The position numbers and the translations under genes were made by a program. Source: a bacterium (lineage in GTDB: Bacteria; UBA8248). From it: a stretch of DNA of 64,000 nt. A model generated the notes under the pieces. The model did no database searches and was not told the DNA's origin. It saw only the letters and a program-made list of their open reading frames with translations. Shown one piece after another: positions 44,184-54,494 of the stretch. Position 1 is the stretch's first letter. Every line of letters starts with the position of its first letter. Location of the stretch: NCBI GenBank assembly GCA_965219955.1, contig OZ244799.1, positions 320,001 through 384,000 on the forward strand, read 5' to 3'.

Positions 44184-45077
44184 ATGTTTAAGGGTTCTTA
44201 TGTCGCGATGGTCACTCCGTTCCGCGACGGAAAGCTCGACGAAGAGGGCATCCGCTCTCTGGTGGAATTTCATGTTGAAAATGGAACGCACGGGATTGTG
44301 GCGTGTGGAACCACGGGAGAGTCCGCCACGCTGAGCCATGAAGAGCACGACCGGGTCGTGGAGTTGGTGATCGAGCAGGTAAACGGAAGAATCCCCGTCA
44401 TCGCCGGCTCCGGTTCGAACAGCACCGCAGAGGCCGTTCAGCGCACCCAGTACGCCATGCGGGCCGGTGCGGATGGCGCGCTCCTGGTGGCGCCTTACTA
44501 CAACAAGCCGACGCAGGAAGGCTTGTATCAACATTTCCGGGCCATTGCGGAATCCGCTGACATTCCGATCGTTCTCTACAACGTGCCGGGCCGCACGGTG
44601 GTGCAGATAGCCCCCGACACGGTGGCGCGCCTCTCGGAGATTCCCAACATCGTCGGCATCAAGGAGGCGACCGGGAATCTGGCGAACTGCTGCGACATCG
44701 TTTCCCGCGTGCCGGACGATTTCATCGTGCTTTCAGGCGATGACTTCGTCACGCTGCCCATGATGGCGATGGGTGGTGTGGGCACGATTTCGGTGACGGC
44801 GAACGTGGCGCCTGCGGACGTGGCGCAGATGTGCCAGGCCCAGCTCGATGGGGACACCGCCACGGCGAAAGCGCTGCATTACAAGATGTGGGAACTCAAT
44901 CACATGATGTTCTGCGAGACGAACCCGATTCCGGCGAAAGCGACCTTGGCCATCATGGGGCGGATCGCGCTGGAATACCGGCTGCCGCTTTGCGCGCCGT
45001 CTGACGCCAATATGGCGAAGCTGGAGGCGTTCGCCAGGGAATACGGTCTGGTCGAAGAAGCGGTGGCGGCGACGTAG
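44184..45077 (+). CDS. dapA: 4-hydroxy-tetrahydrodipicolinate synthase
   Basis: GTTGES, YYNKP, YNVPGRT, GIKEA, NPIPAK; strong AAGGAGG SD. Confidence 0.96.
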   Translation: MFKGSYVAMVTPFRDGKLDEEGIRSLVEFHVENGTHGIVACGTTGESATLSHEEHDRVVELVIEQVNGRIPVIAGSGSNSTAEAVQRTQYAMRAGADGALLVAPYYNKPTQEGLYQHFRAIAESADIPIVLYNVPGRTVVQIAPDTVARLSEIPNIVGIKEATGNLANCCDIVSRVPDDFIVLSGDDFVTLPMMAMGGVGTISVTANVAPADVAQMCQAQLDGDTATAKALHYKMWELNHMMFCETNPIPAKATLAIMGRIALEYRLPLCAPSDANMAKLEAFAREYGLVEEAVAAT

Positions 45078-45105
45078 GCAATCCCGGAACGACAGCATCG
45101 GAACG

Positions 45106-45138
45106 AAAAGGCGGGAGCGGCCTAAGCTCCCGCTTTTT
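45106..45138. terminator. Bidirectional intrinsic terminator
   Basis: aaaaggcgggagc-ggcctaa-gctcccgcttttt between convergent dapA and amidohydrolase genes. Confidence 0.8.
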
Positions 45139-45151
45139 CTGTTTTTGAGAT

Positions 45152-46030
45152 TTATTCTTCCAGCCCCAAAGCCTTGAGAGCGTTTCCGCCGAACCAGCGT
45201 TGTTTCACGTCGTCTTTCAGCGGGAACTTGTCGAACTCGGCCAGGCTTTCCCCGGGGCTGATCATCGGCCAGTTCGAGGCCCAGAGAATCTTGTTCTTGA
45301 GCACCGAGTTCCCGTAGCGAACCAGAGGCTCCCAGCCGGTGTCGGGCGTGGCGATGTATTTGGGCATCGTGCCGCTGACTTCGATGTACAGGTTGGGGTG
45401 CCGCCAGCTCACGGCGATCATCTCCAGTATCCAAGGCCAGCCTCCGTGGACCGCCACGATGCGTAGCTCGGGAAAATCTCTCGCCACCTCGTCCAGGTAG
45501 ATCGGACGCCCGAAATCGAGCAGGTTCGAGCTTGAGAGGTTCATGGACGTGTGAAGCAAAACGGGGATGTCCAACTCCACGCATTTGGCGTAAACGGGAT
45601 AGAACTTCTTGTCGTTCGCGTGAAGCCCGAGTTCCCATGGTCCCATGTTGACGCCCCGGAGTCCGTATTCCTTAACGTCGCGCTCCAGATCGCGCAGCGC
45701 GTCCATGCCGCGAAAAGGGTCGCACCCGGCCGTTCCGATGAGGCGGTCCGGATAATCCTTGATGTATTCGTGCAAGACGTCGGCGGGAAATTTCGTGCCC
45801 GAGATCGTCGTCATGTCGGAAGTCTTGATCACGGCCTTGTCCACCCCCTGCTCGTCCAAAAAGGCGATGAACTCCTCCGGCTTCATGTAGCGGTGTTCTT
45901 CCGTATTGCCAAAAACCCTGTCCCCGTAATGTTTGGCGTAATCCGTTAAGCGGCCCGTCGGCTTCAAGTATCTGTCCAGACCCTCGGGAATGGGGCACGA
46001 GACTCTGAAATCAACGATGGGTGTAGACAT
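45152..46030 (-). CDS. Amidohydrolase_2-like TIM-barrel protein (atypical metal ligands)
   Basis: YPVYAKCVELDIPVLLH, VARDFPELRIVAVHGGWPW, HPNLYIE, WASNWP, GGNA. Confidence 0.85.
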   Translation of the reverse strand: MSTPIVDFRVSCPIPEGLDRYLKPTGRLTDYAKHYGDRVFGNTEEHRYMKPEEFIAFLDEQGVDKAVIKTSDMTTISGTKFPADVLHEYIKDYPDRLIGTAGCDPFRGMDALRDLERDVKEYGLRGVNMGPWELGLHANDKKFYPVYAKCVELDIPVLLHTSMNLSSSNLLDFGRPIYLDEVARDFPELRIVAVHGGWPWILEMIAVSWRHPNLYIEVSGTMPKYIATPDTGWEPLVRYGNSVLKNKILWASNWPMISPGESLAEFDKFPLKDDVKQRWFGGNALKALGLEE

Positions 46031-46177
46031 TTTCAATCTCCAGATAATTTGAACCACAAAGCGGAGAATATATCAGGATGCTCGTTTTCGGATAGTCGGG
46101 AGGGGGAAAGCCCGCTCCCTCGCCAGAGGGTATCGAATCCTTTATCCTCTTTTTCATTCTGGAATCGAGGGATTTTC

Positions 46178-47449
46178 ATGACGAAACGCGGCGGAACACC
46201 CACCCATTGGCTCTGGGCGATTTGCGCGGCCCAGGTGCCGATGATGTTCGTCTATGCGAATTATGTGGCGGCGCTGCCGTTGTTCAAGGCGGAATGGAGC
46301 CTGACGAACGTGCAGGCCGGCACGATTTATACGGCGTTTTACGTGGGCTACATCCTCGCCGCGGCCGTGCTTGCGACCGCAACGGACTACATGAGCGCGA
46401 AAAAGATATATCTGGCCTCGAGCCTTTGGCTGGCGCTCCTGAATTTCATGTTTCCTCTCTTGGCCGATGGTTTCATCAGCGCATCGGTGTTTCGGGGTCT
46501 CACGGGTGTGGGGCTTGCCGGAACGTATGCGCCCGCGTTGAGGCTGGTGGCGGAGTACGCCCCGGAAGGGAGACGCGCCCGAATGGTGGGGGTGTACACG
46601 TTTTTTTACACCGTGGGCGTCGCCACCTCGATTTATGTGACGGGTGCGCTGGTTGCGAATTTCGAGTGGCGCACCGCGTTCGCGTTGACGTCTCTGGGTC
46701 CTGCAATCGGTTTTCTTGTCATGGTGTTTTTGCTTCCCTCTCTGCCCTCGCCGAGAGGGGATGGTGACACCGGATTCGAGTTCCCCAGACTGCCGGCTCC
46801 CGTGTGGGTGCTCATGGGCGTTGTGGGCGCGCACAGGTGGGAGGTGTTCGCGTTCAGGGGCTGGATCGTCACCTTCCTGGCGGCTTCCCTTGTAATGTCG
46901 GGAACGGAGACGCGCGAGAGCGCCCTCCAGGTCGCGTCCTCATCCGCCGCCCTGATCATCGGGCTGAGTGCGGTTTCGAAGCTCATCGGCGGCTGGTTTG
47001 CCGATCGCATCGGCAGGCCGCCCACGATAATCGCGAGCCTTTTTCTGAGCGGTCTCATTTCGGTTTCCATCGGGCTCGCTTTCGGGGCGTCTTTTGTAAC
47101 TCTTCAGATTCTTTGCCTTATATGGGTGATCGTCATGCACGTGGACGCTCCCGTACTGGTGGTGTTGACCACGGAACTCACGCCCAGACGCCACCTCGGC
47201 TCCGCGTTGGGAATCCAGTCGGGCTTGGGTTTTCTGCTGGGTTCCCTCGCGCCCATGGTGGTAGGGAAATTCCTGGACATGAGCAACGACTCGACAGGTG
47301 GCGCTCTTCCCGTGAACTGGGACTGGGCGTTCATCGGGCCGGGAGTCGCGGCGATCCTGGGAGCTGTCGCCACCGTTTTCGTCGCCCGGCGTTTCATCTC
47401 CGGGGGAAAATCGCAAGGGGACGACAGGGCAGAGACTTCGCGGCCATGA
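46178..47449 (+). CDS. Major facilitator superfamily transporter
   Basis: ~12 hydrophobic segments; GGWFADRIGR (motif A-like). Confidence 0.88.
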   Translation: MTKRGGTPTHWLWAICAAQVPMMFVYANYVAALPLFKAEWSLTNVQAGTIYTAFYVGYILAAAVLATATDYMSAKKIYLASSLWLALLNFMFPLLADGFISASVFRGLTGVGLAGTYAPALRLVAEYAPEGRRARMVGVYTFFYTVGVATSIYVTGALVANFEWRTAFALTSLGPAIGFLVMVFLLPSLPSPRGDGDTGFEFPRLPAPVWVLMGVVGAHRWEVFAFRGWIVTFLAASLVMSGTETRESALQVASSSAALIIGLSAVSKLIGGWFADRIGRPPTIIASLFLSGLISVSIGLAFGASFVTLQILCLIWVIVMHVDAPVLVVLTTELTPRRHLGSALGIQSGLGFLLGSLAPMVVGKFLDMSNDSTGGALPVNWDWAFIGPGVAAILGAVATVFVARRFISGGKSQGDDRAETSRP

Positions 47450-47494
47450 CCCCATGCGCGACTGTTTGCGGTCTCGTGCCGCGATATGGGCTGC

Positions 47495-47522
47495 TTGACG
47501 ATGCACGCAATTTTGATATGAT
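47495..47522 (+). promoter_or_regulatory. Sigma70-type promoter of ABC operon
   Basis: TTGACG, 16-nt spacer, TATGAT with extended TG. Confidence 0.55.
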
Positions 47523-47641
47523 TCGCTTTACCTTTTGAAAAGAATGAAAATCGTCGGCTGCATGTAAACCGAGTGTATTTTGAAGAGAGGGTTTCTTCGC
47601 ACTCTTTTGAACTGCTACTTCACGAGCAGAGGAGAATGAAA

Positions 47642-48655
47642 ATGCTGAAAGGAATCATTGCTGGTCTGTTGGCGGTGGCTTTTCTGAGCGCACCGGCTTT
47701 CGCTGCGGATGATGCGACCATGCGCGCCGCCAAGAAAGAGGGGAAAGTCACCTGGTATACCTCCATTACGCTGAACATCGCGCAGGATCTCTGTAACCGT
47801 TACAACAAGAAAAAAACGGGCGTTCAGTGCGTCGTGCATCGCGACGGTTCGGGCAAGCTCTATCGTCGTTACCTGCAAGAACGCAAGGGCGGCATTTACG
47901 TCGCGGACGTGATTCACACGTCGAACCTCGGGCATTTCCTGAACCTGAAAGCCAAGAAAATCATCACGCCCTACAAGCCGGCCGGAACGAAAAACTTCAA
48001 CGAGAAGTTCGTGACCAAGGACAATTCCTGGACGATCCTTCGCGCGGGCGTGTTGATGCCTTTCTACAACACCAAGAAAGTCAGCGCGAAAGACGCACCC
48101 AAGACGTATGCGGATTTCCTCGACCCCAAATGGAAGGGAAAAATCGTTCATTCGCATCCGAGTTACAGCGGGTTCGTCACGAACGGCATGATCAACATCG
48201 TGAACAGGTTCGGTTGGGATTATTACAAAAAGATGGCCAAGCAAAAGCCCAAGATCGTGCAATCCGCAGCCGGCGGCATCCCTCTCGTTGCGCGCGGGGA
48301 AGCCTGGCTGGGAGCGGGCACGACCTCGTATTCGCTGCTCAAGCTGATGCAGAAAGGCGAACCGCTCAAGCCCGTCATCCCACCTGCGGGTTTGGCTTTG
48401 GTAACATCGCCTAACGCTGTATTCACTAAGGCGCCGAATCCCAACGCCTCACGCGTTTTTGTCGATTACCTCTTCAGCCGCGAGGCCATGCAGCTTCTGG
48501 CGGACTACTTCCTCTATGTGGGTGATCCCGGTGTGAAGTATCCCAAGGGACTGCCTGCGCTCAAGGACATCAATCTGATGGCCATCGGTGGTGACGAACT
48601 GAAGAAGAAGAATAAGCCGACGCGCAAGATGTTCAAAAAGCTGTTCGGCGTGTAA
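47642..48655 (+). CDS. ABC transporter substrate-binding protein (Fe3+/polyamine/AfuA-like clade)
   Basis: Signal peptide (AFA), AAKKEGKVTWYTS, YNTKKV, DPKWKGKI, APNPNA. Confidence 0.85.
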   Translation: MLKGIIAGLLAVAFLSAPAFAADDATMRAAKKEGKVTWYTSITLNIAQDLCNRYNKKKTGVQCVVHRDGSGKLYRRYLQERKGGIYVADVIHTSNLGHFLNLKAKKIITPYKPAGTKNFNEKFVTKDNSWTILRAGVLMPFYNTKKVSAKDAPKTYADFLDPKWKGKIVHSHPSYSGFVTNGMINIVNRFGWDYYKKMAKQKPKIVQSAAGGIPLVARGEAWLGAGTTSYSLLKLMQKGEPLKPVIPPAGLALVTSPNAVFTKAPNPNASRVFVDYLFSREAMQLLADYFLYVGDPGVKYPKGLPALKDINLMAIGGDELKKKNKPTRKMFKKLFGV

Positions 48656-48665
48656 CGAATATGAG

Positions 48666-48704
48666 CGGGGGCGGTTTCTTGCATAAATCGAGAAACCGCT
48701 CCCG
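48666..48704 (+). terminator. Intercistronic stem-loop after SBP gene
   Basis: cgggggcggtttct ... agaaaccgctcccg, followed by tttc; typical mRNA-stabilising or attenuating hairpin. Confidence 0.6.
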
Positions 48705-48769
48705 TTTCGTTGCTTTGATGGTTGTATTGCTCTGAGAATCACTTAGCGCCTGGAAGGATACGAGCCCAT

Positions 48770-50515
48770 ATGACGCAAGATGCGCAACAGCTACCCGGAA
48801 CGATATCGGGAGGTGAGCCCTCGGCCACCAAGAAATTCGACTATACAGTCATCGTTTGGGTAGTACTGCTTATCCTGCTAATTATCCTTGTGGCGAATCC
48901 CATCTTCCAGCTCTTCAAGGAAAGTTTCTTCGTTTCCGAGGATGAAGCCGGCGGCTTCACCTTCCAAAACTATATCGACGCTTTCGAAACCGATGAATAC
49001 TACAAGCCGATGTACATCACGATGATGCTCGCCATCTCTGTCGGCTCCATCTCCCTCGTAGTGGGAGCCGTGATGGCCTGGGTGGTCAGCCGCACGGATG
49101 TTCCTTGCCCGAATCTGATCAGGAACGGCATCCTGGCCTCTTTCGTGACGCCTCCTTTCCTGGGCGCGATCGCCTGGATATTCCTGGCGGGGCAAAACGA
49201 GGGGTGGCTGAATAAATGGATTCGCGGGTTATTTGGCTTGAGCGATGAGTTTTATCTGTTCGACATATTCACGATGAAGGGCGTCATATTCGCCATGTCG
49301 CTCTACACGTTCCCGCTCGTCTTCATTGTCGTTTTAGCGGGCCTGAACAATATCTCCTCGGACGTGGAAGACGCGGCAAACGTGGCGGGCGGCGGCACGT
49401 TCCACACCATGTTCAGCATCACGTTGCCTCTGGTGGCGCCTTCCCTGTTTGCCGGGTTCATTCTGGCGGCGCTCGAGGCGATGATTCTCTTCGGTATCCC
49501 GGCCGTTTTGGCTATCCCGGCAGGCCAGCACACCATGACCACCCAGCTTCGCGCTTTCATGGTATCGGAAGACGACCTGCTCGGTTTGGCCTCGGCCTAC
49601 GCGATGCCCATGCTGATTCTGGCGGTCGGCATGGTTTGGACTCGGGGCATTGTTTTGGGCCGCAGAGGCTACGCCACCGTCGGCGGCAAGGGAGGGCAGA
49701 GGCGTCCGCAAAAGCTGGGCGTCTGGCGAATCCCGATATTCGTGCTCTGCCTGATCCCGCTCGTATGCGCGATTGTGCTTCCTGCGATGGCTTTGCTGAC
49801 CACGTCGTTCATGAAAAACCTGGGCGGCGGACTGGTATGGTCAAATCTCACTTTATGGAATTATCATTTCATCTTGACTAACGATGCAGTGAGAGAGTCC
49901 ATATACAATACCATTATGCTCGCCATTATGGCGGCGACCGGCGCCACCATCGTAGCCGCGATTTCCGCGTTCATTGCGCAGCGCAAGCTCATCAGGGGCC
50001 ATGAATATATTGGATTCATGGCGACCGCGCCCATCGGGATACCCGGCATCGTCTTGGCGGTGGGTCTGTTCGCAGCCTATACGAAACAGCCTTTTGTGCT
50101 GTACGGGACGCTTTGGATCATGTTCCTGGCGTATCTCACCAAATACCTGCCATTGGCCTACCAGACGTCGAACGCGGGCCTGACGAGCATCCATCCCGAA
50201 CTCGAGGAGAGTTGCCGCATCATGGGTGCGAATCGGCTCCAGGTGTTCAAGGACGTGACTGTGCCCTTGTTCAAGACGGCCGTCATCGCGTCATGGATAC
50301 TGGTGTTCATGCCCTCTCTCAGGGAATTGAGCGCCTCGGTTTTACTTTGGACGACGAATACGAAGGTCATCTCGGTCGTCATCGTCGATTTCTATGAAGA
50401 AACGCTGTTGGGTCCCATATCGGCCTTAGGCGTCTTGCTCTTGCTCATTACTTTGGTGGCGATCGCGGTCGGTTTCCGCCTGGTAGGCAGGGACTTCATG
50501 CGTTCCGCTGGATAG
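48770..50515 (+). CDS. ABC transporter permease (fused two-domain, FbpB-like)
   Basis: Two EAA-like loops (VEDAANVAG; LEESCRIMGA), ~12 TMs. Confidence 0.88.
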   Translation: MTQDAQQLPGTISGGEPSATKKFDYTVIVWVVLLILLIILVANPIFQLFKESFFVSEDEAGGFTFQNYIDAFETDEYYKPMYITMMLAISVGSISLVVGAVMAWVVSRTDVPCPNLIRNGILASFVTPPFLGAIAWIFLAGQNEGWLNKWIRGLFGLSDEFYLFDIFTMKGVIFAMSLYTFPLVFIVVLAGLNNISSDVEDAANVAGGGTFHTMFSITLPLVAPSLFAGFILAALEAMILFGIPAVLAIPAGQHTMTTQLRAFMVSEDDLLGLASAYAMPMLILAVGMVWTRGIVLGRRGYATVGGKGGQRRPQKLGVWRIPIFVLCLIPLVCAIVLPAMALLTTSFMKNLGGGLVWSNLTLWNYHFILTNDAVRESIYNTIMLAIMAATGATIVAAISAFIAQRKLIRGHEYIGFMATAPIGIPGIVLAVGLFAAYTKQPFVLYGTLWIMFLAYLTKYLPLAYQTSNAGLTSIHPELEESCRIMGANRLQVFKDVTVPLFKTAVIASWILVFMPSLRELSASVLLWTTNTKVISVVIVDFYEETLLGPISALGVLLLLITLVAIAVGFRLVGRDFMRSAG

Positions 50516-50531
50516 ATAAGGGAGATTTACG

Positions 50532-51611
50532 TTGGCTGTCTTGGATTTAAAAGGCCTGTTGAAAATATTCGGCACCGATGTTCGGGCGGTGGATGAAATC
50601 GATCTGCACATCGAACACGGGGAGTTGATCTCACTTTTGGGGCCTTCGGGTTGCGGTAAAACCACCACATTGCGCCTCGTAGCGGGCTTCATCGATCCGA
50701 ACGCCGGTGAAATCGTCATGGATGGGGATGTCGTATCGAATGCCAGCAGCGTCATTCCGCCCGAGCGCCGCAACATGAGCATGATTTTTCAGAGCTACGC
50801 CATCTGGCCGCACAAGACGGTGGCCCAGAACGTGGGCTATGGGTTGAAATTCCGCGGCATCACGGGTGCTGAGGCGGACAAGCGCGTGAAAAGCCTGCTT
50901 TCCGTCGTGCAGATGGATCATCTGGGCGCCCGGTACCCGTCGGAACTCTCGGGTGGCCAGCAGCAGCGCGTAGCCCTGGCCCGCGCCCTCGTTGTGGAGC
51001 CGGCCGTATTGCTGCTGGATGAGCCGCTCTCGAACCTCGACGCCAACCTGCGCGAGGAGATGCGCTTCGAGATCAGGCGTCTGCACGACGAGTTCAACAT
51101 CACGAGTATTTACGTAACGCACGACCAGGCCGAGGCCATGGTCACCAGCGACAGAATCTGCGTGATGAACAGCGGGAAGATCGAGCAGGTGGGAAAGCCG
51201 TCCGATATATACGACATTCCGGCGACGAAATTCGTGGCCGAATTCGTCGGCGTGACGAACTCGATTCCGGGGAAAATCAGCGATCCGGAACTTTTTGAGG
51301 CCAACGACGGCGCCAAGTTCATGATGAACGCAGACGGCGGAAAAACGGGAGAACTCGTTTCCATCAGGCCCCACCGCATTCAGGTTCATGCCGAGAATGC
51401 GGACGTGGGCGGCGTCGATGCCCAGAACGTGCTCGATGGCGAGGTGACGCGCGGCTATTATTTCGGCAGCACGGTGGATTACCTCGTGAAGGTGCCGGGT
51501 CTGAATGAGCCGCTTCGCGTCATCGGCGACCCGCATCAATTCTTTGGCGTGGGCAGCAAGGTCCGGTTGACCATCGAAAAAGCGGCGGTCATTCTCGTGA
51601 GCGACAGTTAA
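50532..51611 (+). CDS. ABC transporter ATP-binding protein (FbpC/PotA-like, TOBE)
   Basis: GPSGCGKT, LSGGQQQR, DEPLSNLD, VTHDQ. Confidence 0.92.
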   Translation: MAVLDLKGLLKIFGTDVRAVDEIDLHIEHGELISLLGPSGCGKTTTLRLVAGFIDPNAGEIVMDGDVVSNASSVIPPERRNMSMIFQSYAIWPHKTVAQNVGYGLKFRGITGAEADKRVKSLLSVVQMDHLGARYPSELSGGQQQRVALARALVVEPAVLLLDEPLSNLDANLREEMRFEIRRLHDEFNITSIYVTHDQAEAMVTSDRICVMNSGKIEQVGKPSDIYDIPATKFVAEFVGVTNSIPGKISDPELFEANDGAKFMMNADGGKTGELVSIRPHRIQVHAENADVGGVDAQNVLDGEVTRGYYFGSTVDYLVKVPGLNEPLRVIGDPHQFFGVGSKVRLTIEKAAVILVSDS

Positions 51612-51621
51612 AGCCTCATCG

Positions 51622-52584
51622 ATGCAAATCGTTATTCCAGACGATTGTTTCCGTTTGTTCGAAGGAACCGATGCTCTCGGGCGATTGCGCGCCCTGGGCG
51701 ACGTCCACTATTACACCGACAATGCCGAGAGCGAAGAGTCGCTCCGCGAGCGCCTGAAAGACGCGGAAATCATCCTGACGACCAGGTATCAGACCGACTT
51801 CAAGACGACCGATTTGCTGGATCACATTCCTCGCCTCCAGATGATTTCCGTGATGGGCACGCGCCCGCGCATGATCGACATGGCTCGCGCGAACGAACGC
51901 GGGATCGTGGTGAGCACGACGCCTGCGGCGAGCGCCTTTTCTGTGGCCGAGCACACGATGATGCTGATCCTGGCGTTGGCGAAAAGAATGCCGGTCATGT
52001 TCCCCGCCATGAGAGAGGGCGGCTGGCCACAGGATCCAGGGGTCGAACTTGCCGGGAAGACATTGGGACTCATCGGCTTCGGTCACATCGCCCGCCTGGT
52101 TTGCCGCATGGCCCTGGGTTTCGGCATGCGGGTTATCACGTGTTCTCCTTCGATGACGCCCGAGCGCGCGCAGGCGGAGGGGGCGGAAGCGGCCACCGTC
52201 GAGGAATGTCTCGCGTCCGACGTGGTGTCGCTCCAGCTTCATTTGCCGGCGGGCGCAGCACCCTTCATGACGAGAGAGAAATTCGCGCAGATGAAGGAAA
52301 CGGCGTTTTTCATCAACACGGCGCGCGCTCAGTATGTGGATGAGGATGCGCTGCTGGACGCCCTGCGAAACAGGCGCATCGCCGGTGCGGGACTCGACGT
52401 TTTCGAGCCTTTCGAGCCGTTGCCGGAGGATTCGATTTATCGCTCTTTGGATAACGTCGTCATCACCCCGCATTCGGCGTGGATTACGGACGGCACGTAT
52501 GCGAGGTTCCGCGACGTGCCGGTAGCAAACATCGAAGCGTTCTTGAGGGGTACGCCTACGAATATCGTCAAAGAAAACGCGTAA
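51622..52584 (+). CDS. D-2-hydroxyacid dehydrogenase family protein
   Basis: GLIGFGHIA, INTAR, LDVF..EP, TPH. Confidence 0.9.
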   Translation: MQIVIPDDCFRLFEGTDALGRLRALGDVHYYTDNAESEESLRERLKDAEIILTTRYQTDFKTTDLLDHIPRLQMISVMGTRPRMIDMARANERGIVVSTTPAASAFSVAEHTMMLILALAKRMPVMFPAMREGGWPQDPGVELAGKTLGLIGFGHIARLVCRMALGFGMRVITCSPSMTPERAQAEGAEAATVEECLASDVVSLQLHLPAGAAPFMTREKFAQMKETAFFINTARAQYVDEDALLDALRNRRIAGAGLDVFEPFEPLPEDSIYRSLDNVVITPHSAWITDGTYARFRDVPVANIEAFLRGTPTNIVKENA

Positions 52585-52595
52585 GTCACCACACG

Positions 52596-52637
52596 AAATA
52601 GCCCCGGCAATTTGACAAGTGCCGGGGCTATTTTTTC
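52596..52637. terminator. Bidirectional intrinsic terminator
   Basis: aaatagccccggca ... tgccggggctattttttt between convergent genes. Confidence 0.85.
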
Positions 52638-52640
52638 TTT

Positions 52641-53321
52641 TTACTCTCTTTTAATCAATATGTTGTTGTATACCAGCGCCGCCGCCACGCCGCCGATGAT
52701 GGGCCCAATCCAGTAGACGAGGTGGTTAATGCCGTCGAAACCGCCTCCGGCCAATGCAGGGCCGAACGTGCGCGCCGGATTCATGGATGCGCCCGTGAGC
52801 GGACCTCCCATCAGAATGTCTGCGGCGATGGTGAGGCCGATCGCGAAGCCACCCACGTCGGGGTGTCTGTCGTCCACGGCGGAGCCCCAGATAGCGGTGA
52901 CGAGGAAGAACGTGAGGATGATTTCGATCAGAATCCCCATGCCGAAGCTCACGTCACTCGCCAGGGTCGGTGTTCCCAGATTCACCTTTTGCCAGACGTC
53001 GGCCGCAAAGATGATTCTCAGCAGGATGCCGGCCACGGTTCCGCCCACGAGTTGGCTGATGATGTAGGAGATACCCGTGCCGCCGTCTGTCTTCTTGGTC
53101 ACCATGAAGCCGATGGTGACGGCAGGATTGAAATGACCTCCCGAGACGTGTCCCATCGCGGAAATCATGACCGAAAGGATCAACCCATGGGCCAAGGCGA
53201 TGCCGATTAAACCTACGGCTCCGCCCGTCTTCTGATTCAAGATGATGGCGCCCGCGCCGATAAAGCACAGCGCAAACGTGCCGATGGCTTCCGCTACGCA
53301 GGCCCTTCCTGTAGGACTCAT
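52641..53321 (-). CDS. MIP-family aquaporin
   Basis: SGGHFNPA and GASMNPAR; six TMs; YWIGP. Confidence 0.95.
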   Translation of the reverse strand: MSPTGRACVAEAIGTFALCFIGAGAIILNQKTGGAVGLIGIALAHGLILSVMISAMGHVSGGHFNPAVTIGFMVTKKTDGGTGISYIISQLVGGTVAGILLRIIFAADVWQKVNLGTPTLASDVSFGMGILIEIILTFFLVTAIWGSAVDDRHPDVGGFAIGLTIAADILMGGPLTGASMNPARTFGPALAGGGFDGINHLVYWIGPIIGGVAAALVYNNILIKRE

Positions 53322-53428
53322 TTTCTTCTCCTTATTCGTTCGGGCGAAAGAATCGGAGGAAAATTCATGCCGCTATTCATTCGGTTCGAAGGACTCCAAG
53401 CGAAGAAAACAGTCTATCTATATGCCTC

Positions 53429-53437
53429 ATTATAGCA
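53429..53437 (-). promoter_or_regulatory. Extended -10 promoter for aquaporin
   Basis: Minus strand TGCTATAAT about 110 nt upstream of the aquaporin ATG. Confidence 0.5.
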
Positions 53438-53439
53438 AA

Positions 53440-54399
53440 TCATGATGGTCGCACCACGTTTTGCGGGTTGCCCGAGAGTGCGGCGGCAATGTTTTCCACC
53501 GACATCAGAAGTCCCGCTTCCGTCACCTCGGGCGTGATGCCTGCATTGTGCGGGGAGAGAACCACGTTGTTCAGTTTTCCGATCGGATGGTTCGTGGGCA
53601 GAGGCTCCTGATCGAATACGTCGAGACCCGCTGCAGCCAGGGCTCCGCTTTCCAAAGCCGATATGAGCGCCTCTTCATCTACTATGGGTCCGCGGGCGGT
53701 ATTCACCAAAATGGTATCCGGTCCCATGCGGGAGAACGCCTCGGCGCCGATCATGCCGATGGTGTCCGCCGATTGCCGCACGTGTATCGAGACGACATCG
53801 GCCCGTTCATACAAAGTGTTCAAATCGACGAACTCGAGTCCTGCCTCCGCAGCGAAATCATCGTCCGGATGAAACGTCCAGGCGATGAGCTTCATTCCGA
53901 TACCGGCGGCGATGCGGGCCGTCTGGCGGCCGATGGCGCCAAGGCCGATGAGGCCGAGCGTTTTTCCGTGCAATTGCGTCATCTGCCCCCGTGGCCACTC
54001 GCCCGCCCGTATGGCGGAATCGTTTCCGGGTATCTGGCGCGCCGCCGCCATCATGAGAGCCAGCGTGTGTTCGGCCACGGAAACGGCGGCCACGCCCGGC
54101 GTGTTCGATACGATGACGTCCGCGTTCCCGGCTGCGCCCAAATCGACGTGATCCGTCCCCGTTCCCCAGATCGAAAGTACCTTGAGACCGTCGCAATTCG
54201 AGAAAAAATCCGCGTCGAATTTGCAAAAAGCCCGGATGTTGATGATGCCGTCGGCTCCGGAAACGCGTCTTAGCAGCTCTTCGGACGTTTGCGGGTTTGA
54301 GGTGTGGATTTCCGCATCCCCGAGCTCCCGCAGCCGGGTTTCAGCGGTGCTGCCCATGAAAACGGAAGGGTAGTCGTCTGGCACGGCGATTCGGTTCAC
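53440..54399 (-). CDS. D-2-hydroxyacid/phosphoglycerate dehydrogenase family protein
   Basis: GLIGLGAIG, VNTARG, LDVFDQEP, SPHNA; GTG start at 54399 with upstream AAGGGG. Confidence 0.9.
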   Translation of the reverse strand: MNRIAVPDDYPSVFMGSTAETRLRELGDAEIHTSNPQTSEELLRRVSGADGIINIRAFCKFDADFFSNCDGLKVLSIWGTGTDHVDLGAAGNADVIVSNTPGVAAVSVAEHTLALMMAAARQIPGNDSAIRAGEWPRGQMTQLHGKTLGLIGLGAIGRQTARIAAGIGMKLIAWTFHPDDDFAAEAGLEFVDLNTLYERADVVSIHVRQSADTIGMIGAEAFSRMGPDTILVNTARGPIVDEEALISALESGALAAAGLDVFDQEPLPTNHPIGKLNNVVLSPHNAGITPEVTEAGLLMSVENIAAALSGNPQNVVRPS

Positions 54400-54494
54400 A
54401 AAATAGCCCCTTTTGATCACGAGAAAACGAGTGCTCCGGCGGTTCTCTTACACCGCCCTTGCGTGCATAATAGCGTCTTTCTTCTGCCATTCTT

